Below the pieces are notes generated by a model, which searched no databases, had not been told where the DNA came from, and saw only the letters and a program-made list of their open reading frames with translations. A stretch of DNA of 64,000 nt from Eledone cirrhosa. Taxonomy: Eukaryota. Below are positions 46,820 to 58,200 of the stretch, in pieces; within the stretch, counting starts at the first letter, position 1; each line of letters starts with the position of its first letter. The position numbers and the translations under genes were made by a program. The stretch covers positions 134,168,001 to 134,232,000 of the forward strand of contig OZ024743.1 in NCBI GenBank assembly GCA_964016885.1, written 5' to 3'.

Positions 46820-49570
46820 TTGGTGCTTGGTGCTTGGTGTTTGGTGCTTGGTGCTTGGTGTTTGTACTTGGTGCTTGGTGCTTGGTTCTTGGTGTTTGGT
46901 GCTTGGTGCTTGGTGTTTGGTACTTGGTGCTTGGTGTTTGGTGCTTGGTGTTTGGTGCTTGGTGTTTGGTGCTTGGTGCTTGGTGCTTAGTGCTTGGTGT
47001 TTGGTGCTTGGTGTTAGGTGTTTGGTGCTTGGTGCTTGGTGTTTGGTGTTTGGTGCTTGGTGTTTGGTGCTTGGTGTTTGGTGTTAGGTGTTTGGTGCTT
47101 GGTGTTTGGTGTTTGGTGCTTGGTGTTTGGTGCTTGGTGTTTGGTGCTTGGTGTTTGGTGCTTGGTACTTGGTGCTTGGTGCTTCGTGTTAGGTGTTTGG
47201 TGCTTGGTGCTTGGTGTTTGGTTTTTGGTGCTTGGTGCTTGGTGTTTGGTGTTTGGTGCTTGCTGCTGGCTGCTTGGTGTTTGATGCTTGGTGATTGGTG
47301 CTTGGTGTTTTGTGTTTGGTGCTTGGTGCTTGGTGTTTGGTGCTTGGTGCTTGGTGTTTGGTGCTTGGTGCTTGGTGTTTGGTTTTTGGTGCTTGGTGTT
47401 TGGTGTTTGGTGTTTGGTGCTTGCTGCTGGCTGCTTGGTGTTTGATGCATGGTGATTTGTGCTTGGTGTTTGGTGCTTGGTGTTTGGTGTTTGATGCTTG
47501 ATGCTTGGTGTTTGGTGTTTGATGCTTGGTGCTTGGTGCTTGGTGCTTGGTGCTTGGTGTTTGTTGTTTGGTGTTTGCTGTTTGGTGTTTGGTGTTTGCT
47601 TTTTGGTGTTTGGTGTTTGCTGTATGTTGTTTGGTGTTTGGTGTTTGGTGTTTGGTGTTTGGTGCTTGCTGCTGGCTGCTTGGTGTTTGATGCTTGGTGA
47701 TTGGTGCTTGGTGTTTTGTGCTTGGTGTTTGGTGTTTGGTGCTAGGTGCTTGGTGTTTGGTGCTTGGTGCTTGGTGCTTGGTGTTTGGTGTTTGGTGTTA
47801 GGTGCTTCATGCTTGGTGTTTGGTGCTTGGTGCTGAGTGGTTGGTGTTTAGTGCTTGGTGTTTGGTGCTGGGTGCTTGGTGTTTGGTGCTTGGTGCTTGG
47901 TCTTTGGTGCTTGGTGTTTGGTGTTTGGTGCTTGGTGCTTGGTGCTTGGTGTTTGGTGCTTGGTGCTTGGTGTTTGGTGCTTGGTGCTTAGTGTTTGGTG
48001 CTTGGTGCTTAGTGTTTGGTGCTAGGTGCTTGGTATTTGGTGCTTGGTGCTTGGTGTTTGGTGCCTGGTGCTTGGTGTTTGGTGTTTGGTGTTTGGTGCT
48101 TGGTGCTTGGTGTTTGGTGTTTGCTGTTTGCTGTTTCGTGTTTGTTGTTTGGTGTTTGTTGTTTGGTGTTTGCTGTTTGGTGTTTGGTGTTTGCTTTTTG
48201 GTGTTTGGTGTTTGCTGTATGTTGTTTGCTGTTTGGTGTTTGGTGTTTGGTGTTTGGTGCTTGGTGCTTGCTGCTGGCTGCTTGGTGCTTGGTGTTTGGT
48301 GCCTGGTGCTTGGTGCTTGGTGCTTGGTGTTTGGTGTTTGGTGCTTGGTGCTTGGAGTTTGGTGTTTGGTGCTTGGTGCTTGGTATTTCGTGTTTCGTGT
48401 TTGGTTTTTGGTGCTTGGAGTTTGGTGTTTGTTGCTTGGTGCTTGGTCTTTGGTGCTTTGTGTTTGGTGCTTGGTGCTTGGTGTTTGGTGCTAGGTGCTT
48501 GGTGTTTGGTGCTTGGTGCTTGGTGTTTGGTTTTTGGTGCTTGGTGTTTGGTGTTTGGTGTTTGGTGCTTGCTGCTGGCTGCTTGGTGTTTGATGCATGG
48601 TGATTTGTGCTTGGTGTTTGGTGCTTGGTGTTTGGTGTTTGATGCTTGGTGCTTGGTGTTTGGTGTTTGATGCTTGGTGCTTGGTGCTTGGTGCTTGGTG
48701 CTTGGTGTTTGGTGCTTGGTGTTTGGTGTTTGGTGCTTGGTGATTCATGTTTCTACTTGGTGCTTGGTGCTTGGTTCTTGGTATTTGGTGCTTGGTGCTT
48801 GGTGTTTGGTGTTATATGCTTGGTGTTTGATGCTTGGTGCTTGGTGTTTGGTGTTTGGTGTTTGATGCTTGGTGCTTGGTGTTTGGTGCTTGGTGCTTGG
48901 TGTTTGTACTTGGTGCTTGGTGCTTGGTGCTTGGTGTTTGGTGCTTGGTATTTGGTGCTTGGTGCTTGGTGCTTGGTCCTTGGTGCTTGGTGTTTGGTGG
49001 TTGGTGTTTGGTGGTTGGTGTTAGGTGTTTGGTGCTTGGTGCTTGGTGTTTGGTGTTTGGTGCTTGGTGTTTGGTGTTTGGTGCTTGGTGTTTGGTGCTT
49101 GGTACTTGGTGCTTGGTGCTTGGTGTTAGGTGTTAGGTGTTTGGTGCTTGGTGCTTGGTGTTTGGTGTTTGGTGCTTGGTGTTTGGTGTTTGGTGCTTGG
49201 TGTTTGGTGCTTGGTACTTGGTTCTTGGTGCTTGGTGTTAGGTGTTTGGTGCTTGGTGTTTGGTGCTTGGTGTTTGGTGCTTGGTGCTTGGTGTTTGGTG
49301 CTTGGTGTTTGGTGTTTGGTGCTTGGTCATTGGTGTTTCTACTTGGTGCTTGGTGCTTGGTTCTTGGTGTTTGGTGCTTGGTGCTTGGTGTTTGGTGTTA
49401 TATGCTTGGTGTTTGATGCTTGGTGCTTGGTGCTTGGTGTTTGGTGTTTGGTGTTTGATGCTTGGTGCTTGGTGTTTGGTGCTTGGTGCTTGGTGTTTGT
49501 ACTTGGTGCTTGGTGCTTGGTGCTTGGTGTTTGGTGCTTGGTATTTGGTGCTTGGTGCTTGGTGCTTGGT
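41230..49570 (+). repeat. Tandem repeat with period 4,403 bp (about 1.9 copies; partial counterpart ~21770-22950 vs ~26175-27360)
   Basis: ORF pairs 41607/46010, 42109/46512, 43399/47802, 44243/48646, 44727/49130 and 22148/26551. Confidence 0.9.
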
Positions 49571-52200
49571 GTTTGGTGCTTGGTGTTTGGTGCTTGGTGT
49601 TTGGTGCTTGGTGCTTGGTGCTTAGTGCTTGGTGTTTGGTGCTTGGTGTTAGGTGTTTGGTGCTTGGTGCTTGGTGTTTGGTGTTTGGTGCTTGGTGTTT
49701 GGTGCTTGGTGTTTGGTGTTAGGTGTTTGGTGCTTGGTGTTTGGTGTTTGGTGCTTGGTGTTTGGTGCTTGGTGTTTGGTGCTTGGTGTTTGGTGCTTGG
49801 TACTTGGTGCTTGGTGCTTCGTGTTAGGTGTTTGGTGCTTGGTGCTTGGTGTTTGGTTTTTGGTGCTTGGTGCTTGGTGTTTGGTGTTTGGTGCTTGCTG
49901 CTGGCTGCTTGGTGTTTGATGCTTGGTGATTGGTGCTTGGTGTTTTGTGTTTGGTGCTTGGTGCTTGGTGTTTGGTGCTTGGTGCTTGGTGTTTGGTGCT
50001 TGGTGCTTGGTGTTTGGTTTTTGGTGCTTGGTGTTTGGTGTTTGGTGTTTGGTGCTTGCTGCTGGCTGCTTGGTGTTTGATGCATGGTGATTTGTGCTTG
50101 GTGTTTGGTGCTTGGTGTTTGGTGTTTGATGCTTGATGCTTGGTGTTTGGTGTTTGATGCTTGGTGCTTGGTGCTTGGTGCTTGGTGCTTGGTGTTTGTT
50201 GTTTGGTGTTTGCTGTTTGGTGTTTGGTGTTTGCTTTTTGGTGTTTGGTGTTTGCTGTATGTTGTTTGGTGTTTGGTGTTTGGTGTTTGGTGTTTGGTGC
50301 TTGCTGCTGGCTGCTTGGTGTTTGATGCTTGGTGATTGGTGCTTGGTGTTTTGTGCTTGGTGTTTGGTGTTTGGTGCTAGGTGCTTGGTGTTTGGTGCTT
50401 GGTGCTTGGTGCTTGGTGTTTGGTGTTTGGTGTTAGGTGCTTCATGCTTGGTGTTTGGTGCTTGGTGCTGAGTGGTTGGTGTTTAGTGCTTGGTGTTTGG
50501 TGCTGGGTGCTTGGTGTTTGGTGCTTGGTGCTTGGTCTTTGGTGCTTGGTGTTTGGTGTTTGGTGCTTGGTGCTTGGTGCTTGGTGTTTGGTGCTTGGTG
50601 CTTGGTGTTTGGTGCTTGGTGCTTAGTGTTTGGTGCTTGGTGCTTAGTGTTTGGTGCTAGGTGCTTGGTATTTGGTGCTTGGTGCTTGGTGTTTGGTGCC
50701 TGGTGCTTGGTGTTTGGTGTTTGGTGTTTGGTGCTTGGTGCTTGGTGTTTGGTGTTTGCTGTTTGCTGTTTCGTGTTTGTTGTTTGGTGTTTGTTGTTTG
50801 GTGTTTGCTGTTTGGTGTTTGGTGTTTGCTTTTTGGTGTTTGGTGTTTGCTGTATGTTGTTTGCTGTTTGGTGTTTGGTGTTTGGTGTTTGGTGCTTGGT
50901 GCTTGCTGCTGGCTGCTTGGTGCTTGGTGTTTGGTGCCTGGTGCTTGGTGCTTGGTGCTTGGTGTTTGGTGTTTGGTGCTTGGTGCTTGGAGTTTGGTGT
51001 TTGGTGCTTGGTGCTTGGTATTTCGTGTTTCGTGTTTGGTTTTTGGTGCTTGGAGTTTGGTGTTTGTTGCTTGGTGCTTGGTCTTTGGTGCTTTGTGTTT
51101 GGTGCTTGGTGCTTGGTGTTTGGTGCTAGGTGCTTGGTGTTTGGTGCTTGGTGCTTGGTGTTTGGTTTTTGGTGCTTGGTGTTTGGTGTTTGGTGTTTGG
51201 TGCTTGCTGCTGGCTGCTTGGTGTTTGATGCATGGTGATTTGTGCTTGGTGTTTGGTGCTTGGTGTTTGGTGTTTGATGCTTGGTGCTTGGTGTTTGGTG
51301 TTTGATGCTTGGTGCTTGGTGCTTGGTGCTTGGTGCTTGGTGTTTGGTGCTTGGTGTTTGGTGTTTGGTGCTTGGTGATTCATGTTTCTACTTGGTGCTT
51401 GGTGCTTGGTTCTTGGTATTTGGTGCTTGGTGCTTGGTGTTTGGTGTTATATGCTTGGTGTTTGATGCTTGGTGCTTGGTGTTTGGTGTTTGGTGTTTGA
51501 TGCTTGGTGCTTGGTGTTTGGTGCTTGGTGCTTGGTGTTTGTACTTGGTGCTTGGTGCTTGGTGCTTGGTGTTTGGTGCTTGGTATTTGGTGCTTGGTGC
51601 TTGGTGCTTGGTCCTTGGTGCTTGGTGTTTGGTGGTTGGTGTTTGGTGGTTGGTGTTAGGTGTTTGGTGCTTGGTGCTTGGTGTTTGGTGTTTGGTGCTT
51701 GGTGTTTGGTGTTTGGTGCTTGGTGTTTGGTGCTTGGTACTTGGTGCTTGGTGCTTGGTGTTAGGTGTTAGGTGTTTGGTGCTTGGTGCTTGGTGTTTGG
51801 TGTTTGGTGCTTGGTGTTTGGTGTTTGGTGCTTGGTGTTTGGTGCTTGGTACTTGGTTCTTGGTGCTTGGTGTTAGGTGTTTGGTGCTTGGTGTTTGGTG
51901 CTTGGTGTTTGGTGCTTGGTGCTTGGTGTTTGGTGCTTGGTGTTTGGTGTTTGGTGCTTGGTCATTGGTGTTTCTACTTGGTGCTTGGTGCTTGGTTCTT
52001 GGTGTTTGGTGCTTGGTGCTTGGTGTTTGGTGTTATATGCTTGGTGTTTGATGCTTGGTGCTTGGTGCTTGGTGTTTGGTGTTTGGTGTTTGATGCTTGG
52101 TGCTTGGTGTTTGGTGCTTGGTGCTTGGTGTTTGTACTTGGTGCTTGGTGCTTGGTGCTTGGTGTTTGGTGCTTGGTATTTGGTGCTTGGTGCTTGGTGC
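46930..52200 (+). repeat. Tandem duplication with period 2,635 bp
   Basis: ORF pairs 47018/49653, 47802/50437, 48646/51281 and 49130/51765. The derived variant GCTGTTTCGTG is shared (~48130/50765). Confidence 0.9.
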
Positions 52201-55200
52201 TTGGTCCTTGGTGCTTGGTGTTTGGTGGTTGGTGTTTGGTGGTTGGTGCTTGGTACTTGGTGCTTGGTGCTTGGTGTTAGGTGTTTGGTGCTTGGTGTTT
52301 GGTGCTTGGTGTTTGGTGCTTGGTGCTTGGTGCTTGGTGCTTGGTGTTTGATGGTTGGTGTTTGGTGCTTGGTGTTTGGTGCTTGGTGTTACGTGTTTGG
52401 TGCTTGGTGCTTGGTGTTTGGTGTTTGGTGCTTGGTGTTTGGTGTTTGGTGCTTGGTGTTTGGTGCTTTTTGCTTGGTGCTTGGTGCTTGGTGTTTGGTG
52501 CTGGGTGCTTGGTGCTTGGTGTTTGGTGTTATATGCTTGGTGTTTGATGCTTGGTGCTTGGTGCTTGGTCTTTGGTGTTTGGTGCTTGGTGTTTGATGCT
52601 TGGTGCTTGGTGCTTGGTGTTTGGTGCTTGGTGCTTGGTGTTTGGTGCTTGGTGCTTGGTGTTTGGTGCTTGGTGTTTGGTGCTTGGTGTTTGGTGCTTG
52701 GTGCTTGGTGCTTGGTGCTTGGTGTTTGGTGTTTGGTGCTTGGTGTTTGGTGCTTGGTACTTGGTGCTTGGTGCTTGGTGTTAGGTGTTTGGTGCTTGGT
52801 GCTTGGTGTCTGGTTTTTGGTGCTTGGTGCTTGGTGTTTGGTGCTTGCTGCTGGCTGCTTGGTGTTTGGTGCTTGGTGATTGGTGCTTGGTGTTTGGTGT
52901 TTGGTGCTAGGTGCTTGGTGTTTGGTGCTTGGTGCTTGGTGTTTGTACTTGGTGCTTGGTGCTTGGTTCTTGGTGTTTGGTGCTTCGTGCTTGGTGTTTG
53001 GTGCTTGGTGCTTGGTGTTTGGTGCTTGGTGTTTGGTGCTTGGTGTTTGGTGCTTGGTGCTTGGTGCTTGGTGTTTGGTGCTTGGTTTTTAGTGCTTGGT
53101 GTTAGGTGTTTGGTGCTTGCTGTTTGGTGTTTGGTGTTTGGTGCTTGGTGTTTGGTGTTTGGTGTTATATGCTTGGTGTTTGATGCTTGGTGCTTGGTGC
53201 TTGGTGTTTGGCGCTTGGTGTTTGATGCTTGGTGCTTGGTGCTTGGTGTTTGGTGCTTGGTGCTTGGTGTTTGTACTTGGTGCTTGGTGCTTGGTTCTTG
53301 GTGTTTGGTGCCTGGTGTTTGGTGTTTGGTGCTTGGTGTTTGGTGTTTGGTGTTATATGCATAGTGTTTGATGCTTGGTGCTTGGTGCTTGGTGCTTGGT
53401 GCTTGGTGTTTGATGCTTGGTGCTTGGTGCTTGGTGTTTGGTGCTTGGTGCTTGGTGTTTGTACTTGGTGCTTGGTGCTTGGTTCTTGGTGTTTGGTGCT
53501 TGGTGCTTGGTGTTTGGTGCTTGGTGCTTGGTGTTTGGTGCTTGGTGTTTGGTGCTTGGTGTTTGGTGCTTGGTGCTTGGTGCTTAGTGCTTGGTGTTTG
53601 GTGCTTGGTGTTAGGTGTTTGGTGCTTGGTGCTTGGTGTTTGGTGTTTGGTGCTTGGTGTTTGGTGCTTGGTGTTTGGTGTTAGGTGTTTGGTGCTTGGT
53701 GTTTGGTGTTTGGTGCTTGGTGTTTGGTGCTTGGTGTTTGGTGCTTGGTGTTTGGTGCTTGGTACTTGGTGCTTGGTGCTTCGTGTTAGGTGTTTGGTGC
53801 TTGGTGCTTGGTGTTTGGTTTTTGGTGCTTGGTGCTTGGTGTTTGGTGTTTGGTGCTTGCTGCTGGCTGCTTGGTGTTTGATGCTTGGTGATTGGTGCTT
53901 GGTGTTTTGTGTTTGGTGCTTGGTGCTTGGTGTTTGGTGCTTGGTGCTTGGTGTTTGGTTTTTGGTGCTTGGTGTTTGGTGTTTGGTGTTTGGTGCTTGC
54001 TGCTGGCTGCTTGGTGTTTGATGCATGGTGATTTGTGCTTGGTGTTTGGTGCTTGGTGTTTGGTGTTTGATGCTTGGTGCTTGGTGTTTGGTGTTTGATG
54101 CTTGGTGCTTGGTGCTTGGTGCTTGGTGCTTGGTGTTTGTTGTTTGGTGTTTGCTGTTTGGTGTTTGGTGTTTGCTTTTTGGTGTTTGGTGTTTGCTGTA
54201 TGTTGTTTGGTGTTTGGTGTTTGGTGTTTGGTGTTTGGTGTTTGGTGCTTGTTGCTTGGTGTTTGGTGCTTGGTGCTTGGTGTTTGTTGCCTGGTGCTTG
54301 GTGCTTGGTGCTTGGTGTTTGGTGTTTGGTGCTTGGTGCTTGGACTTTGGTGTTTGGTGCTTGGTGCTTGGTGTTTCGTGTTTCGTTTTTGGTTTTTGGT
54401 GCTTGGTGCTTGGTGCTTGGTCCTTGGTGTTTGGTGTTTGCTGCTTGGTGTTTGATGCTTGGTGCTTGGTGGTTGGTGTTTTGTGTTTGGTGCTTGGTGC
54501 TTGGTGTTTGGTGCTTGGTGCTTGGTGCTTGGTGTTTGGTTCTTGGTTCTTGGTGTTTGGTGTTTGGCGTTTGGTGTTTGGTGCTTGGTGCTTGTTGTTT
54601 GGTGCTTGGTGCTTGGTGTTTGGTGCCTGGTGCTTGGTGCTTGGTGCTTGGTGTTTGGTGTTTGGTGCTTGGTGCTTGGTGCTTGGAGTTTGGTGTTTGG
54701 TGCTTGGTGCTTTGTGTTTTGTGTCTGGTGTTTGGTTTTTGGTGCTTGGTGCTTGGTCATTGGTGTTTGGTGCTGGGTGCTTTGTGTTTTGTGCTTGGTG
54801 CTTGGTGTTTGGTGTTTGGTGCTTGGTGTTTGGTGCTTTTTGCTTGGTGCTTGGTGCTTGGTGTTTGGTGCTGGGTGCTTGGTGCTTGGTGTTTGGTGTT
54901 ATATGCTTGGTGTTTGATGCTTGGTGCTTGGTGCTTGGTGTTTGTTGTTTGGTGCTTGGTGTTTGATGCTTGGTGCTTGGTGCTTGGTGTTTGGTGCTTG
55001 GTGCTTGGTGTTTGGTGCTTGGTGCTTGGTGTTTGGTGCTTGGTGTTTGGTGCTTGGTGTTTGGTGCTTGGTGCTTGGTGCTTGGTGCTTGGTGTTTGGT
55101 GTTTGGTGCTTGGTGTTTGGTGCTTGGTACTTGGTGCTTGATGCTTGGTGTTAGGTGTTTGGTGCTTGGTGCTTGGTGTCTGGTTTTTGGTGCTTGGTGC

Positions 55201-58200
55201 TTGGTGTTTGGTGCTTGCTGCTGGCTGCTTGGTGTTTGGTGCTTGGTGATTGGTGCTTGGTGTTTGGTGTTTGGTGCTAGGTGCTTGGTGTTTGGTGCTT
55301 GGTGCTTGGTGTTTGTACTTGGTGCTTGGTGCTTGGTTCTTGGTGTTTGGTGCTTCGTGCTTGGTGTTTGGTGCTTGGTGCTTGGTGTTTGGTGCTTGGT
55401 GTTTGGTGCTTGGTGTTTGGTGCTTGGTGCTTGGTGCTTGGTGTTTGGTGCTTGGTTTTTAGTGCTTGGTGTTAGGTGTTTGGTGCTTGGTGCTTGGTGT
55501 TTGGTGCTTGGTGTTTGGTGTTTGGTGTTATATGCTTGGTGTTTGATGCTTGGTGCTTGGTGCTTGGTGTTTGGTGCTTGGTGCTTGGTGTTTGTACTTG
55601 GTGCTTGGTGCTTGGTTCTTGGTGTTTGGTGCCTGGTGTTTGGTGTTTGGTGCTTGGTGTTTGGTGTTTGGTGTTATATGCTTGGTGTTTGATGCTTGGT
55701 GCTTGGTGCTTGGTGTTTGGTGCTTGGTGTTTGATGCTTGGTGCTTGGTGCTTGGTGTTTGGTGTTTGGTGCTTGGTGTTTGGTGTTTGGTGCTTGGTGT
55801 TTGGTGCTTGGTACTTGGTTCTTGGTGCTTGGTGTTAGGTGTTTGGTGCTTGGTGTTTGGTGCTTGGTGTTTGGTGCTTGGTGCTTGGTGTTTGGTGCTT
55901 GGTGTTTGGTGTTTGGTGCTTGGTCATTGGTGTTTCTACTTGGTGCTTGGTGCTTGGTTCTTGGTGTTTGGTGCTTGGTGCTTGGTGTTTGGTGTTATAT
56001 GCTTGGTGTTTGATGCTTGGTGCTTGGTGCTTGGTGTTTGGTGTTTGGTGTTTGATGCTTGGTGCTTGGTGTTTGGTGCTTGGTGCTTGGTGTTTGTACT
56101 TGGTGCTTGGTGCTTGGTGCTTGGTGTTTGGTGCTTGGTATTTGGTGCTTGGTGCTTGGTGCTTGGTGTTTGGTGCTTGGTGTTTGGTGCTTGGTGTTTG
56201 GTGCTTGGTGCTTGGTGCTTAGTGCTTGGTGTTTGGTGCTTGGTGTTAGGTGTTTGGTGCTTGGTGCTTGGTGTTTGGTGTTTGGTGCTTGGTGTTTGGT
56301 GCTTGGTGTTTGGTGTTAGGTGTTTGGTGCTTGGTGTTTGGTGTTTGGTGCTTGGTGTTTGGTGCTTGGTGTTTGGTGCTTGGTGTTTGGTGCTTGGTAC
56401 TTGGTGCTTGGTGCTTCGTGTTAGGTGTTTGGTGCTTGGTGCTTGGTGTTTGGTTTTTGGTGCTTGGTGCTTGGTGTTTGGTGTTTGGTGCTTGCTGCTG
56501 GCTGCTTGGTGTTTGATGCTTGGTGATTGGTGCTTGGTGTTTTGTGTTTGGTGCTTGGTGCTTGGTGTTTGGTGCTTGGTGCTTGGTGTTTGGTGCTTGG
56601 TGCTTGGTGTTTGGTTTTTGGTGCTTGGTGTTTGGTGTTTGGTGTTTGGTGCTTGCTGCTGGCTGCTTGGTGTTTGATGCATGGTGATTTGTGCTTGGTG
56701 TTTGGTGCTTGGTGTTTGGTGTTTGATGCTTGATGCTTGGTGTTTGGTGTTTGATGCTTGGTGCTTGGTGCTTGGTGCTTGGTGCTTGGTGTTTGTTGTT
56801 TGGTGTTTGCTGTTTGGTGTTTGGTGTTTGCTTTTTGGTGTTTGGTGTTTGCTGTATGTTGTTTGGTGTTTGGTGTTTGGTGTTTGGTGTTTGGTGCTTG
56901 CTGCTGGCTGCTTGGTGTTTGATGCTTGGTGATTGGTGCTTGGTGTTTTGTGCTTGGTGTTTGGTGTTTGGTGCTAGGTGCTTGGTGTTTGGTGCTTGGT
57001 GCTTGGTGCTTGGTGTTTGGTGTTTGGTGTTAGGTGCTTCATGCTTGGTGTTTGGTGCTTGGTGCTGAGTGGTTGGTGTTTAGTGCTTGGTGTTTGGTGC
57101 TGGGTGCTTGGTGTTTGGTGCTTGGTGCTTGGTCTTTGGTGCTTGGTGTTTGGTGTTTGGTGCTTGGTGCTTGGTGCTTGGTGTTTGGTGCTTGGTGCTT
57201 GGTGTTTGGTGCTTGGTGCTTAGTGTTTGGTGCTTGGTGCTTAGTGTTTGGTGCTAGGTGCTTGGTATTTGGTGCTTGGTGCTTGGTGTTTGGTGCCTGG
57301 TGCTTGGTGTTTGGTGTTTGGTGTTTGGTGCTTGGTGCTTGGTGTTTGGTGTTTGCTGTTTGCTGTTTCGTGTTTGTTGTTTGGTGTTTGTTGTTTGGTG
57401 TTTGCTGTTTGGTGTTTGGTGTTTGCTTTTTGGTGTTTGGTGTTTGCTGTATGTTGTTTGCTGTTTGGTGTTTGGTGTTTGGTGTTTGGTGCTTGGTGCT
57501 TGCTGCTGGCTGCTTGGTGCTTGGTGTTTGGTGCCTGGTGCTTGGTGCTTGGTGCTTGGTGTTTGGTGTTTGGTGCTTGGTGCTTGGAGTTTGGTGTTTG
57601 GTGCTTGGTGCTTGGTATTTCGTGTTTCGTGTTTGGTTTTTGGTGCTTGGAGTTTGGTGTTTGTTGCTTGGTGCTTGGTCTTTGGTGCTTTGTGTTTGGT
57701 GCTTGGTGCTTGGTGTTTGGTGCTAGGTGCTTGGTGTTTGGTGCTTGGTGCTTGGTGTTTGGTTTTTGGTGCTTGGTGTTTGGTGTTTGGTGTTTGGTGC
57801 TTGCTGCTGGCTGCTTGGTGTTTGATGCATGGTGATTTGTGCTTGGTGTTTGGTGCTTGGTGTTTGGTGTTTGATGCTTGGTGCTTGGTGTTTGGTGTTT
57901 GATGCTTGGTGCTTGGTGCTTGGTGCTTGGTGCTTGGTGTTTGGTGCTTGGTGTTTGGTGTTTGGTGCTTGGTGATTCATGTTTCTACTTGGTGCTTGGT
58001 GCTTGGTTCTTGGTATTTGGTGCTTGGTGCTTGGTGTTTGGTGTTATATGCTTGGTGTTTGATGCTTGGTGCTTGGTGTTTGGTGTTTGGTGTTTGATGC
58101 TTGGTGCTTGGTGTTTGGTGCTTGGTGCTTGGTGTTTGTACTTGGTGCTTGGTGCTTGGTGCTTGGTGTTTGGTGCTTGGTATTTGGTGCTTGGTGCTTG